Source: Escherichia phage PE37
Direction: 5' to 3' (one strand)
DNA length: 64,000 nt
Sequence record: NC_054929.1
Shown: positions 56,203-64,000 of the stretch, piece after piece
Numbering within the stretch: the stretch's first letter is position 1
Layout: each line of letters begins with the position of its first letter
The notes under the pieces: generated by a model
What the model was told of the DNA's origin: nothing
Databases searched by the model: none
Seen by the model: only the letters and a program-made list of their open reading frames with translations
Position numbers and translations under genes: made by a program

Positions 56203-58016
56203 CAATTGAAAAAGAAATTGAAGGATTGATTCATAAAACTAATAAAGACCTTTTAAACGAGAATGCTAATAAAGATTCTCGTGTTTTTCCAACTCAACGG
56301 GACCTTATGGCTGGTATTGTGTCTAAACACATTGCCAAAAATATGGTCCCGTCTTTTATTATGAAAGCGCATGAAAGCGGAATTATTCATTTCCATGATA
56401 TTGATTATTCCCCTGCTCTTCCATTTACTAATTGCTGTTTAGTAGATTTAAAAGGAATGCTTGAGAACGGATTTAAGCTTGGTAATGCACAGATTGAAAC
56501 TCCTAAATCAATTGGTGTTGCTACTGCAATTATGGCACAAATTACTGCACAGGTTGCTTCCCATCAATACGGCGGAACGACTTTTGCTAATGTAGATAAA
56601 GTACTTTCTCCTTATGTTAAACGCACCTATGCAAAACATATTGAGGATGCAGAAAAATGGCAAATCGCTGATGCGTTGAATTATGCTCAATCTAAAACAG
56701 AAAAAGATGTATACGATGCATTCCAAGCTTATGAATATGAAGTAAATACTCTCTTTAGTTCAAACGGACAAACGCCTTTTGTAACAATTACATTTGGTAC
56801 GGGAACTGACTGGACTGAACGAATGATTCAGAAAGCAATTCTGAAAAATCGTATTAAAGGTCTCGGTCGTGATGGGATAACTCCTATTTTTCCTAAGCTT
56901 GTTATGTTCGTCGAAGAAGGCGTTAATCTTTACAAAGACGATCCGAATTACGACATTAAGCAACTTGCTCTAGAGTGCGCAAGCAAAAGGATGTATCCTG
57001 ATATTATTTCAGCTAAGAACAATAAAGCTATCACCGGCTCATCTATTCCTGTTTCTCCAATGGGTTGCCGCAGTTTCTTGAGTGTGTGGAAAGATTCAAC
57101 CGGTAATGAAATTCTTGATGGACGTAATAATCTCGGTGTTGTAACGCTGAATCTTCCTCGTATCGCATTAGATTCTTATATTGGAACACAGTTCAATGAA
57201 CAGAAATTTATCGAATTGTTCAATGAACGAATGGATTTATGTTTTGAAGCTTTGATGTGCAGAATTAGTTCCTTAAAAGGAGTTAAAGCGACTGTTGCTC
57301 CTATTCTTTACCAAGAAGGTGCATTCGGGGTTCGTCTTAAACCTGATGACGATATAATTGAGTTATTTAAAAACGGCAGAAGTTCAGTGTCTCTAGGATA
57401 CATTGGTATTCACGAATTGAATATTCTTGTCGGTCGTGATATTGGACGAGAAATTTTAACTAAAATGAATGCTCATCTTAAACAGTGGACTGAAAGAACC
57501 GGTTTTGCTTTTAGTTTGTATTCTACACCTGCTGAAAACCTGTGCTATCGCTTCTGTAAACTTGATACTGAAAAATATGGAAGTGTAAAGGATGTTACTG
57601 ATAAAGGCTGGTACACTAACAGTTTCCACGTTTCAGTAGAAGAAAATATCACTCCGTTTGAAAAGATTTCTCGCGAAGCACCATATCATTTCATTGCGAC
57701 AGGTGGCCACATTTCTTATGTTGAACTTCCTGATATGAAAAATAACTTAAAAGGTCTTGAGGCTGTATGGGATTATGCCGCACAACATTTAGATTATTTT
57801 GGTGTTAATATGCCGGTAGATAAATGTTTTACATGCGGAAGTACCCATGAAATGACTCCTACTGAAAACGGATTTGTTTGTTCTATTTGTGGAGAAACTG
57901 ATCCTAAAAAGATGAACACAATAAGAAGAACATGTGGTTATTTGGGAAATCCGAACGAACGCGGATTTAATCTCGGTAAAAATAAAGAAATCATGCATAG
58001 GGTTAAACACCAATGA
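56199..58016 (+). CDS. nrdD: anaerobic ribonucleotide reductase NrdD (uninterrupted)
   Basis: 605 aa continuous ORF; C-terminal glycyl radical motif RRTCGYLG and Zn-ribbon cysteines. Confidence 0.95.
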   Translation: MTIEKEIEGLIHKTNKDLLNENANKDSRVFPTQRDLMAGIVSKHIAKNMVPSFIMKAHESGIIHFHDIDYSPALPFTNCCLVDLKGMLENGFKLGNAQIETPKSIGVATAIMAQITAQVASHQYGGTTFANVDKVLSPYVKRTYAKHIEDAEKWQIADALNYAQSKTEKDVYDAFQAYEYEVNTLFSSNGQTPFVTITFGTGTDWTERMIQKAILKNRIKGLGRDGITPIFPKLVMFVEEGVNLYKDDPNYDIKQLALECASKRMYPDIISAKNNKAITGSSIPVSPMGCRSFLSVWKDSTGNEILDGRNNLGVVTLNLPRIALDSYIGTQFNEQKFIELFNERMDLCFEALMCRISSLKGVKATVAPILYQEGAFGVRLKPDDDIIELFKNGRSSVSLGYIGIHELNILVGRDIGREILTKMNAHLKQWTERTGFAFSLYSTPAENLCYRFCKLDTEKYGSVKDVTDKGWYTNSFHVSVEENITPFEKISREAPYHFIATGGHISYVELPDMKNNLKGLEAVWDYAAQHLDYFGVNMPVDKCFTCGSTHEMTPTENGFVCSICGETDPKKMNTIRRTCGYLGNPNERGFNLGKNKEIMHRVKHQ

Positions 58017-58483
58017 ATTATGATAGATTTTATCCTTGCGATTTTGTGAATGGTCCTGGATGCAGGACTGTTCTTTTCGTTACAGGTTGTTTGCATAAAT
58101 GTGAAGGGTGTTATAATAAATCAACATGGAATGCTAGAAATGGTATTCCATTCACTGGTGAAACACTAGAGCAATTAATTGAATGTTTGAATAATGATTA
58201 TATAGAAGGATTGACTATAACTGGAGGTGACCCTCTCTATCCTGATAATCGAGATGTTATTCATTGCATTGTTCAAACAGTAAAAAATCTTTATCCTAAT
58301 AAAAGCATTTGGTTGTGGACAGGATATAAGTTTGAAGATATTAAACAACTAGAAATGCTTAAATATGTTGATGTTATTATTGATGGGAAGTATGAGAAAA
58401 ATCTTCCGACCAAAAAGCTGTGGCGAGGTTCAGATAATCAGCGACTTTGGTCAAATACCGATGGGGTGTGGAAACATGATTAA
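58013..58483 (+). CDS. nrdG: anaerobic RNR activating enzyme NrdG (radical SAM)
   Basis: 156 aa, CxxxCxxC (CLHKCEGC). Confidence 0.95.
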   Translation: MNYDRFYPCDFVNGPGCRTVLFVTGCLHKCEGCYNKSTWNARNGIPFTGETLEQLIECLNNDYIEGLTITGGDPLYPDNRDVIHCIVQTVKNLYPNKSIWLWTGYKFEDIKQLEMLKYVDVIIDGKYEKNLPTKKLWRGSDNQRLWSNTDGVWKHD

Positions 58484-58597
58484 ATTGAATTACATTATGG
58501 ATACTATAAATGATATGATTTTTCATTTTGGTCCAGAATTTTATTCGCAATATAGTTTAGTGCTTATCAATGCTTGGTTAATCAATTAAGGGTAAAT

Positions 58598-58813
58598 ATG
58601 TATAAATTTCGTAAAGGTTTAGCTGATTTTCTTACAACTGTAACATTCTTTCTGTTTATGGCAGTTGGAGCTATTTTCCTTATTCCTTTTATTGCTATAT
58701 TTTTCGTGATTAGTTTGATTTCTCCAGAAAAAGGCTTATCTTCTAGTGAGTTCAATAAGCGTCTGGATAAAATTACTAACAAGCTGAATGCTGTTCTTGA
58801 TAAAAAGGCTTAA
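58598..58813 (+). CDS. small membrane protein
   Basis: Start at MYKFRKGL, one long hydrophobic segment. Confidence 0.5.
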   Translation: MYKFRKGLADFLTTVTFFLFMAVGAIFLIPFIAIFFVISLISPEKGLSSSEFNKRLDKITNKLNAVLDKKA

Positions 58814-58815
58814 TT

Positions 58816-59127
58816 ATGATTAGTTTTGAGCGGTATGTAGTAGAGAGTTGGAATGGTTTTGATATGTTCGGTAATGACTATTATTTCTATGAATGTAGTC
58901 TGAACCCAAGCTTCTGGGCTGGACGTGAACAAGACCTCGAAGAAATCAACGCTCGTGCCGATTTGTTAGGTGAACTGCCTACTACTTATTTCACCTTTGA
59001 TGAATCCGGCTTCGTTATCCAGGTTTATTTTCCTGAAGAAAACTCTGGTGAGGATTCTGTTAATCCTCCTTATTGGGCTTATCAAGGAATTATTTCTCGT
59101 GGAACAAAACTCGAACTTAAAGAATAA
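58816..59127 (+). CDS. hypothetical protein
   Basis: 103 aa ORF. Confidence 0.5.
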   Translation: MISFERYVVESWNGFDMFGNDYYFYECSLNPSFWAGREQDLEEINARADLLGELPTTYFTFDESGFVIQVYFPEENSGEDSVNPPYWAYQGIISRGTKLELKE

Positions 59128-59422
59128 GATTGAAGTCTATGGAATTCCAGATGAAGTAGGTCGTTGTCCTGGATGTCAATCAGTTACAAAACTTCTAAAG
59201 GAGCTCAATGCTCCTTTTACTTTCTATAAAGTTCTTACAAATAACGGTAAGATTGAGTATGATCGTCCGCTGATTGTATCTCTTGCTAAACGCGCTGGAT
59301 TCACATCTCTTAACATTCGTTATCCGGTCATTTTCATTAATGATTCTAGACAAAAGAACATTAAACACTTCAAAGAAACTCTCATTTCACTTGGATATGA
59401 TAGAGATATCATAGAAGATTAA
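59099..59422 (+). CDS. nrdH: glutaredoxin-like protein (NrdH-like)
   Basis: CPGC active site; no in-frame ATG in the non-overlapping part; GTG at 59099 preceded by AAGGAA is the likely start. Confidence 0.6.
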   Translation: MEQNSNLKNKIEVYGIPDEVGRCPGCQSVTKLLKELNAPFTFYKVLTNNGKIEYDRPLIVSLAKRAGFTSLNIRYPVIFINDSRQKNIKHFKETLISLGYDRDIIED

Positions 59423-59424
59423 GA

Positions 59425-59448
59425 CGGGCCCTCTGGGCCTTTCTTTCT
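59425..59448 (+). terminator. rho-independent terminator
   Basis: GGCCC-TCT-GGGCC followed by TTTCTTTCT. Confidence 0.5.
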
Positions 59449-59520
59449 CGCATTCTGTATATTACCATTCTAAGCTATCGTTCCTTTCTTATCATTCCCT
59501 AAAATATTTTTCACAAAGTT

Positions 59521-59550
59521 GTTTACAACGAGCTCAAACTGTGGTATTAT
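59521..59550 (+). promoter_or_regulatory. early promoter in repeated block
   Basis: tttttcacaaagttGTTTACa-18-TATTAT. Confidence 0.55.
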
Positions 59551-59580
59551 TAACACATGAATTGCCTTTGAGGAATTGAT

Positions 59581-59763
59581 ATGGTTATGATTGATAAAGA
59601 AATTAAAAAGGGACAGTATTATCTCATTAATGGTAATGCTGTTCGTGTTACTCATGTAAATAGTTTTGAAGTTTGCTATATTATACTCAAGTTACATAAA
59701 CGCATGATTTGTGATCGTGCTGCATTTAGTTCAGTTGCTAAGGAAATTAAACTCCATGGGTAA
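59581..59763 (+). CDS. hypothetical protein
   Basis: 60 aa ORF. Confidence 0.4.
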   Translation: MVMIDKEIKKGQYYLINGNAVRVTHVNSFEVCYIILKLHKRMICDRAAFSSVAKEIKLHG

Positions 59764-60049
59764 AACGTATCGTCGTAAAGACTTGAAAGTTCGTGATTAT
59801 GACTATTTCGGAAAGCGTAAAGCTCCTGATGGGGTAAGTCATAAAGATATGGTTGAAAACATTTTTCGCTCAGATAAATGGCGTAGAATGAAAGGCATTG
59901 ATTCAGAAGTTAAAGATGAGCTAAATCGCCAATTACGTGGTGAAGTAAGAAAGTTGAAAAAATCAGTTTACATTGACGATGATTTTGATTATAATACTTC
60001 TCAACGAGTTGCTAAGCGCAAATCAAACGAGTGTTATCGTTACAGCTGA
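59756..60049 (+). CDS. hypothetical basic protein
   Basis: Start at MGKTYRRKDL; Lys/Arg-rich. Confidence 0.5.
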   Translation: MGKTYRRKDLKVRDYDYFGKRKAPDGVSHKDMVENIFRSDKWRRMKGIDSEVKDELNRQLRGEVRKLKKSVYIDDDFDYNTSQRVAKRKSNECYRYS

Positions 60050-60188
60050 GGAAAATATGAATATTAAACGAATGCTTTTTAAGCAAGGGCTATATACTTT
60101 AAATGTTACTCCAAAAGGCGATACAACTAAGTGGTCAGTAAATGACTGGATTAAATTTATTGATGAAAACGGTAACTGGAAAATTTAA

Positions 60189-60389
60189 ATGAATCCTGAA
60201 TCTAAATTATCGCAACGAATTGCCGAAGCTCGTCGTCAGTTCTTTGAAAATATGATAGCCCAAGGTATTGATGACGAAGTTTTTCTGAACTGGTTTTGGA
60301 ATCACAAATACTCAAAATGCGCAGGAGCAATATTAATATCAGCTGCAATGATGTACGAAGGCTGGAAGGGTGCCAAACAGTTTAGCTAA
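60189..60389 (+). CDS. hypothetical protein
   Basis: 66 aa ORF followed by terminator. Confidence 0.45.
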   Translation: MNPESKLSQRIAEARRQFFENMIAQGIDDEVFLNWFWNHKYSKCAGAILISAAMMYEGWKGAKQFS

Positions 60390-60408
60390 GGGCTTCGGCC
60401 CTTTTTGG
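60390..60408 (+). terminator. rho-independent terminator (UUCG hairpin)
   Basis: GGGCTTCGGCCC + TTTTTGG. Confidence 0.7.
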
Positions 60409-60441
60409 ATAATAAAATTTTAATGTAATTGAGGATAATGT

Positions 60442-60768
60442 ATGACTATTCAAATTAAAAACGCCATCAATTCTTACGCATATGATAAAGTAGTTTCTTT
60501 GCTAGAAAAAGGCGATATTGTAACTCCTCAAATTTTGGATAAATGGGAAAAAGAGCTTCATCAGACGATGAAACAGAATGATCAGAAAATTGGACGCAAT
60601 ACTGTCCGTGAATTGTTGGTTCAATATATCTTGTCAGAATTTGATGTTAAAGCTTTTGGTGTAGAATCTAAAGCTTATCAGAAGCATGAAATTTCTGATA
60701 AAACTATTCGTCGTATGAAAAATCAACGCAAGAAAAAATTTGCTGACCTGAAAATTACTAAGGCATAA
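60442..60768 (+). CDS. hypothetical protein
   Basis: 108 aa ORF. Confidence 0.5.
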   Translation: MTIQIKNAINSYAYDKVVSLLEKGDIVTPQILDKWEKELHQTMKQNDQKIGRNTVRELLVQYILSEFDVKAFGVESKAYQKHEISDKTIRRMKNQRKKKFADLKITKA

Positions 60769-60770
60769 TT

Positions 60771-60986
60771 ATGAATGAAGCTCTTATTAACGATTTGCGT
60801 CTTGCCGGATATGAAGTAAATACAAACGGCATTGGTTTAACTCAAATTGAAGGAAATGGATTCATCCTTGAGTATGAATTTAGCCAATGGTGGTTATACG
60901 CTAATTACGGCGAATTGATTGAATATGTTGACCAATTTGATTCACTAGATGCAGCTCTTGAAGCGGCTAAGTTGATGAATGTATGA
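60771..60986 (+). CDS. hypothetical protein
   Basis: 71 aa ORF. Confidence 0.45.
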   Translation: MNEALINDLRLAGYEVNTNGIGLTQIEGNGFILEYEFSQWWLYANYGELIEYVDQFDSLDAALEAAKLMNV

Positions 60987-61252
60987 AATTTATTAATATT
61001 TCTATTACTATTGAAAATTATGGCATTTTCTATGTTGACCAATACATGAAAATTTCATTTTTCCCAAATAAGACTGGTGTTGGATATTGGGAAAGTCATG
61101 TTTCTGAATTAAATGAAAGTGAATATGTTAGCACACATGAAAAGTTTTTAGACTTTTTATATCATGCTGATTTAACTAGTCATTACATAGATATTCATGA
61201 ATTTAAAAAGATGATGGAGAAAGTGTTCCAAGCATACTGCTTACTTAGATAA
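60983..61252 (+). CDS. hypothetical protein
   Basis: 89 aa ORF, ATGA overlap. Confidence 0.45.
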   Translation: MKFINISITIENYGIFYVDQYMKISFFPNKTGVGYWESHVSELNESEYVSTHEKFLDFLYHADLTSHYIDIHEFKKMMEKVFQAYCLLR

Positions 61253-61330
61253 CTGATATCCTCTATGCTTTAAGATAGATCTTCAAATATTATGATATAA
61301 TAGATCTATGAATTGAGCTAAGAGGTGAAA

Positions 61331-61888
61331 ATGTCAGAAACTAAGCCTAAATATAATTACGTAAACAATAAAGAGCTTTTACAAGCTATTATTGATTGGA
61401 AAACAGAATTAGCAAATAATAAAGACCCAAATAAAGTAGTTCGTCAGAATGATACTATCGGATTAGCCATTATGCTTATTGCAGAAGGCTTATCTAAACG
61501 TTTCAACTTTTCAGGATACACCCAGTCTTGGAAACAAGAAATGATTGCAGATGGTATAGAAGCTTCTATTAAGGGGCTTCATAATTTTGATGAAACGAAA
61601 TATAAAAACCCACATGCATATATAACTCAAGCTTGTTTTAATGCATTCGTCCAACGTATTAAAAAAGAACGTAAGGAAGTTGCAAAGAAATATAGTTACT
61701 TCGTTCACAATGTCTATGACAGCCGTGACGACGATATGGTTGCGTTAGTAGATGAAACTTTTATTCAAGACATCTATGATAAAATGACGCATTACGAAGA
61801 ATCAACCTATAGAACACCGGGGGCTGAAAAGAAAAGTGTTGTAGACGATTCTCCTAGTTTGGATTTTTTATATGAGGCTAACGATTAA
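61331..61888 (+). CDS. 55: late-transcription sigma factor gp55
   Basis: Start at [24 protein letters not shown] (185 aa), T4 gp55 from memory. Confidence 0.9.
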
Positions 61889-62090
61889 CCTCTCCGGATT
61901 CTTGGAAGAAATACCTGAAGTTGAAGCTATTCCCTATTTACTTAAAATGTATCTCAGGGAAGTTTTAGCTCTTGACATTGATATTGATCCAGAAAATCCG
62001 TATGATACCGCTTTTAAATCTAATGGTGTAGAATTAAACTATCGGTATCATTTAACAGATGATGATTTTTATTTTATATTAGAGAAATAA
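61872..62090 (+). CDS. hypothetical protein
   Basis: 72 aa ORF overlapping end of 55. Confidence 0.45.
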
Positions 62091-62091
62091 T

Positions 62092-62409
62092 ATGACTGAT
62101 AAACCCGAAATTAATGATGAAGTGGAAAAGCTTATTTCTTCTATTGAAGAAAAGAACCGTCTTGAAGCAGAAAGAAAAGCAAATAAGTTATTGTCTAAAA
62201 ACAAACGCGAACTGAATCGTCTTTATAAGCACGCTCAGATTGCAGCTGAAAATAATAATTTTGCTCAATACGAATATGCTATCAAGAAAAGTCGGGATAT
62301 TCTAAAACAGCCATATAACGATGAACTCATCAGTATTCTTTGGAAGACTACTAGATCGCAGATTGAGGATATGATTGATGCTTACACACGTAAAATTCAA
62401 GCGTCTTAA
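62092..62409 (+). CDS. hypothetical protein
   Basis: 105 aa ORF. Confidence 0.5.
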   Translation: MTDKPEINDEVEKLISSIEEKNRLEAERKANKLLSKNKRELNRLYKHAQIAAENNNFAQYEYAIKKSRDILKQPYNDELISILWKTTRSQIEDMIDAYTRKIQAS

Positions 62410-62581
62410 AATTAATGCAGGATTTACTGAATCTTTGAATGGTCATCTTTGTGTGAAAATTTCTGAAAAAGAATACCATGATAGTTCAATTAAAGAAGTT
62501 AATCCTCCTATTGTAAGAGCAGACCCTAATATGAAAGTGTGGGTTGATTCTTATCAAGTCAAAAAATGGTGGCAGTTATGA
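62375..62581 (+). CDS. hypothetical protein
   Basis: 68 aa ORF. Confidence 0.4.
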   Translation: MMLTHVKFKRLKINAGFTESLNGHLCVKISEKEYHDSSIKEVNPPIVRADPNMKVWVDSYQVKKWWQL

Positions 62582-62754
62582 AAGATGAACACCCAGACTT
62601 CTGAAATAGATTATAATAAAGTTCGTTCCTTTAAAGAGGAAATGATGAGACTCTTTAAAGAGTCTCATGATAAAGCTAAAGCAGAAGGAACTATAACATA
62701 TAAGCGCATAAAATTTAAAAGTTCTAACGAGCCTCTGTATGGCGTATTATGTGG

Positions 62755-62774
62755 ATAGGAGCTTCGGCTCCTAT
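62755..62774 (+). other. UUCG-tetraloop hairpin
   Basis: ATAGGAGCTTCGGCTCCTAT. Confidence 0.5.
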
Positions 62775-62824
62775 ATTGCTTTATAAATTTTTGGTAAAAT
62801 AAACCAAAACAAAGAGGATATTAA

Positions 62825-64000
62825 ATGAAAGTATGTATTTTTATGGCTCGAGGTCTTGAAGGTTGTGGTGTAACAAAATTCTCACTCGAGCAACGTGATT
62901 GGTTTATTAAAAATGGTCATGAAGTGACTTTGGTTTATGCTAAAGATAAATCATTTACTCGTAACTGTGCACATGATTATAAATCATTTTCAATTCCGGT
63001 TTTATTGGCAAAAGAATACGATAAAACACTTAAGCTGGTAAATGATTGTGATATTCTAATTATCAATTCAGTTCCTGCTACTTCAGTTGAAGAAGACACT
63101 ATTAATAACTATAAAAAAATTATTGATAACATTAAACCTTCTGTTCGTGTTGTAGTTTATCAACATGACCATTCTTCTCTTTCTTTGCGCCGAAATTTGG
63201 GATTAGAAGAAACTATTCGTCGAGCTGATGTTATTTTTAGCCATTCTGATAATGGTGATTTTAATAAAGTTCTGATGAAAGAGTGGTATCCAGAAACTGT
63301 TTCTCTGTTTGATGATATTGAAGAAGCACCGACCGTATATAACTTTCAGCCTCCTATGGATATTGCGAAGGTTCGGTCAACTTACTGGAAAGATGTTTCT
63401 GAAATTAACATGAATATCAACCGTTGGATTGGTCGTACGACTACATGGAAAGGTTTTTATCAGATGTTTGATTTTCATGAAAAACATCTTAAACCTGCAG
63501 GACTAAGTACTGTTATGGAAGGTCTGGAACGTTCTCCAGCGTTCATTCCTATTAAAGAAAAAGGAATTCCATACGAGTATTATCGTCTTCATCAAGTAGA
63601 CCAAATTAAAATTGCTCCTAATTTGCCAACGCAAATTCTTGACCGTTATGTAAATAGCGAAATGCTTGAACGCATGAGTAAATCCGGATTTGGTTATCAA
63701 TTGAGTAAGTTGGATAAAAAATATCTACAACGTTCTTTAGAATATACTCATCTCGAGCTTGGTGCATGTGGAACAATTCCGGTATTTTGGAAATCTACTG
63801 GCGAAAATTTAAAATTCCGTGTTGATAATACTCCTTTGACCTCGCATGATAGCGGTATCATTTGGTTTGATGAAAATGACATGGAATCAACATTTGAACG
63901 TATTAAAGAACTGTCATCTGACCGAGCTCTTTATGACCGTGAGCGAGAAAAAGCATATGAATTTTTGTATCAGCATCAAGATTCAAGCTTCTGCTTTAAA
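62825..64000 (+). CDS. agt: DNA alpha-glucosyltransferase (5' part; runs off window)
   Basis: MKVCIFMARGLEGCGVTKFSLEQRDWFIKNGHEV..., matches T4 AGT from memory; no stop before window end. Confidence 0.85.
   Translation, partial: MKVCIFMARGLEGCGVTKFSLEQRDWFIKNGHEVTLVYAKDKSFTRNCAHDYKSFSIPVLLAKEYDKTLKLVNDCDILIINSVPATSVEEDTINNYKKIIDNIKPSVRVVVYQHDHSSLSLRRNLGLEETIRRADVIFSHSDNGDFNKVLMKEWYPETVSLFDDIEEAPTVYNFQPPMDIAKVRSTYWKDVSEINMNINRWIGRTTTWKGFYQMFDFHEKHLKPAGLSTVMEGLERSPAFIPIKEKGIPYEYYRLHQVDQIKIAPNLPTQILDRYVNSEMLERMSKSGFGYQLSKLDKKYLQRSLEYTHLELGACGTIPVFWKSTGENLKFRVDNTPLTSHDSGIIWFDENDMESTFERIKELSSDRALYDREREKAYEFLYQHQDSSFCFK

Noticed and set aside
58970-59422. 150-aa version of the glutaredoxin ORF starting at ATG 58970
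   Set aside because: The first 52 codons fully overlap, out of frame, the well-formed upstream ORF; a GTG start at 59099 gives a normal-sized glutaredoxin.

Overview
This window is a contiguous piece of a T-even (T4-like) myophage genome, not bacterial chromosome. No database search was run: all names come from reading the six-frame translations against remembered T4 proteins and motifs, and coordinates of features I located by eye (tRNAs, promoters, hairpins) may be off by 1-2 nt. From 0.1 to 24.9 kb the minus strand carries the late structural module in T4 order (20, 19, 18, 17, 16, 15, 14, 13, wac, 12, 11, 10, 9, 8, 7, 6, 5.4, 5.1, 5, 53), with TATAAATA late promoters. From 24.9 kb to the end the plus strand carries 4, 2, 3, 1, 57A, 57B, an ipI-like protein, a 10-tRNA cluster, small e.x-type ORFs, nudE, e, denV, a second internal-protein gene, regB, tk, rI, a long run of uncharacterised ORFs, nrdC, pin, 49, intronless nrdD, nrdG, an nrdH-like glutaredoxin, 55 and the start of alpha-glucosyltransferase. 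It is not T4 itself: gp12 and wac differ in length, there are two extra tRNAs, and no homing endonuclease or intron is visible. I found no CRISPR array, integrase or transposon. The best candidates for something undescribed are in the plus-strand accessory intervals: a tandem array of four divergent coiled-coil proteins (49.5-53.5 kb), a nucleotidyltransferase-like protein next to an AAA+ ATPase (45.9-48.0 kb), and a late-promoter cassette for a capsid-targeted protein bracketed by duplicated terminators (31.2-31.8 kb). Other flags include a macro-domain protein and repeated early-promoter blocks at ORF-cassette boundaries. All functional ideas for these are hypotheses.
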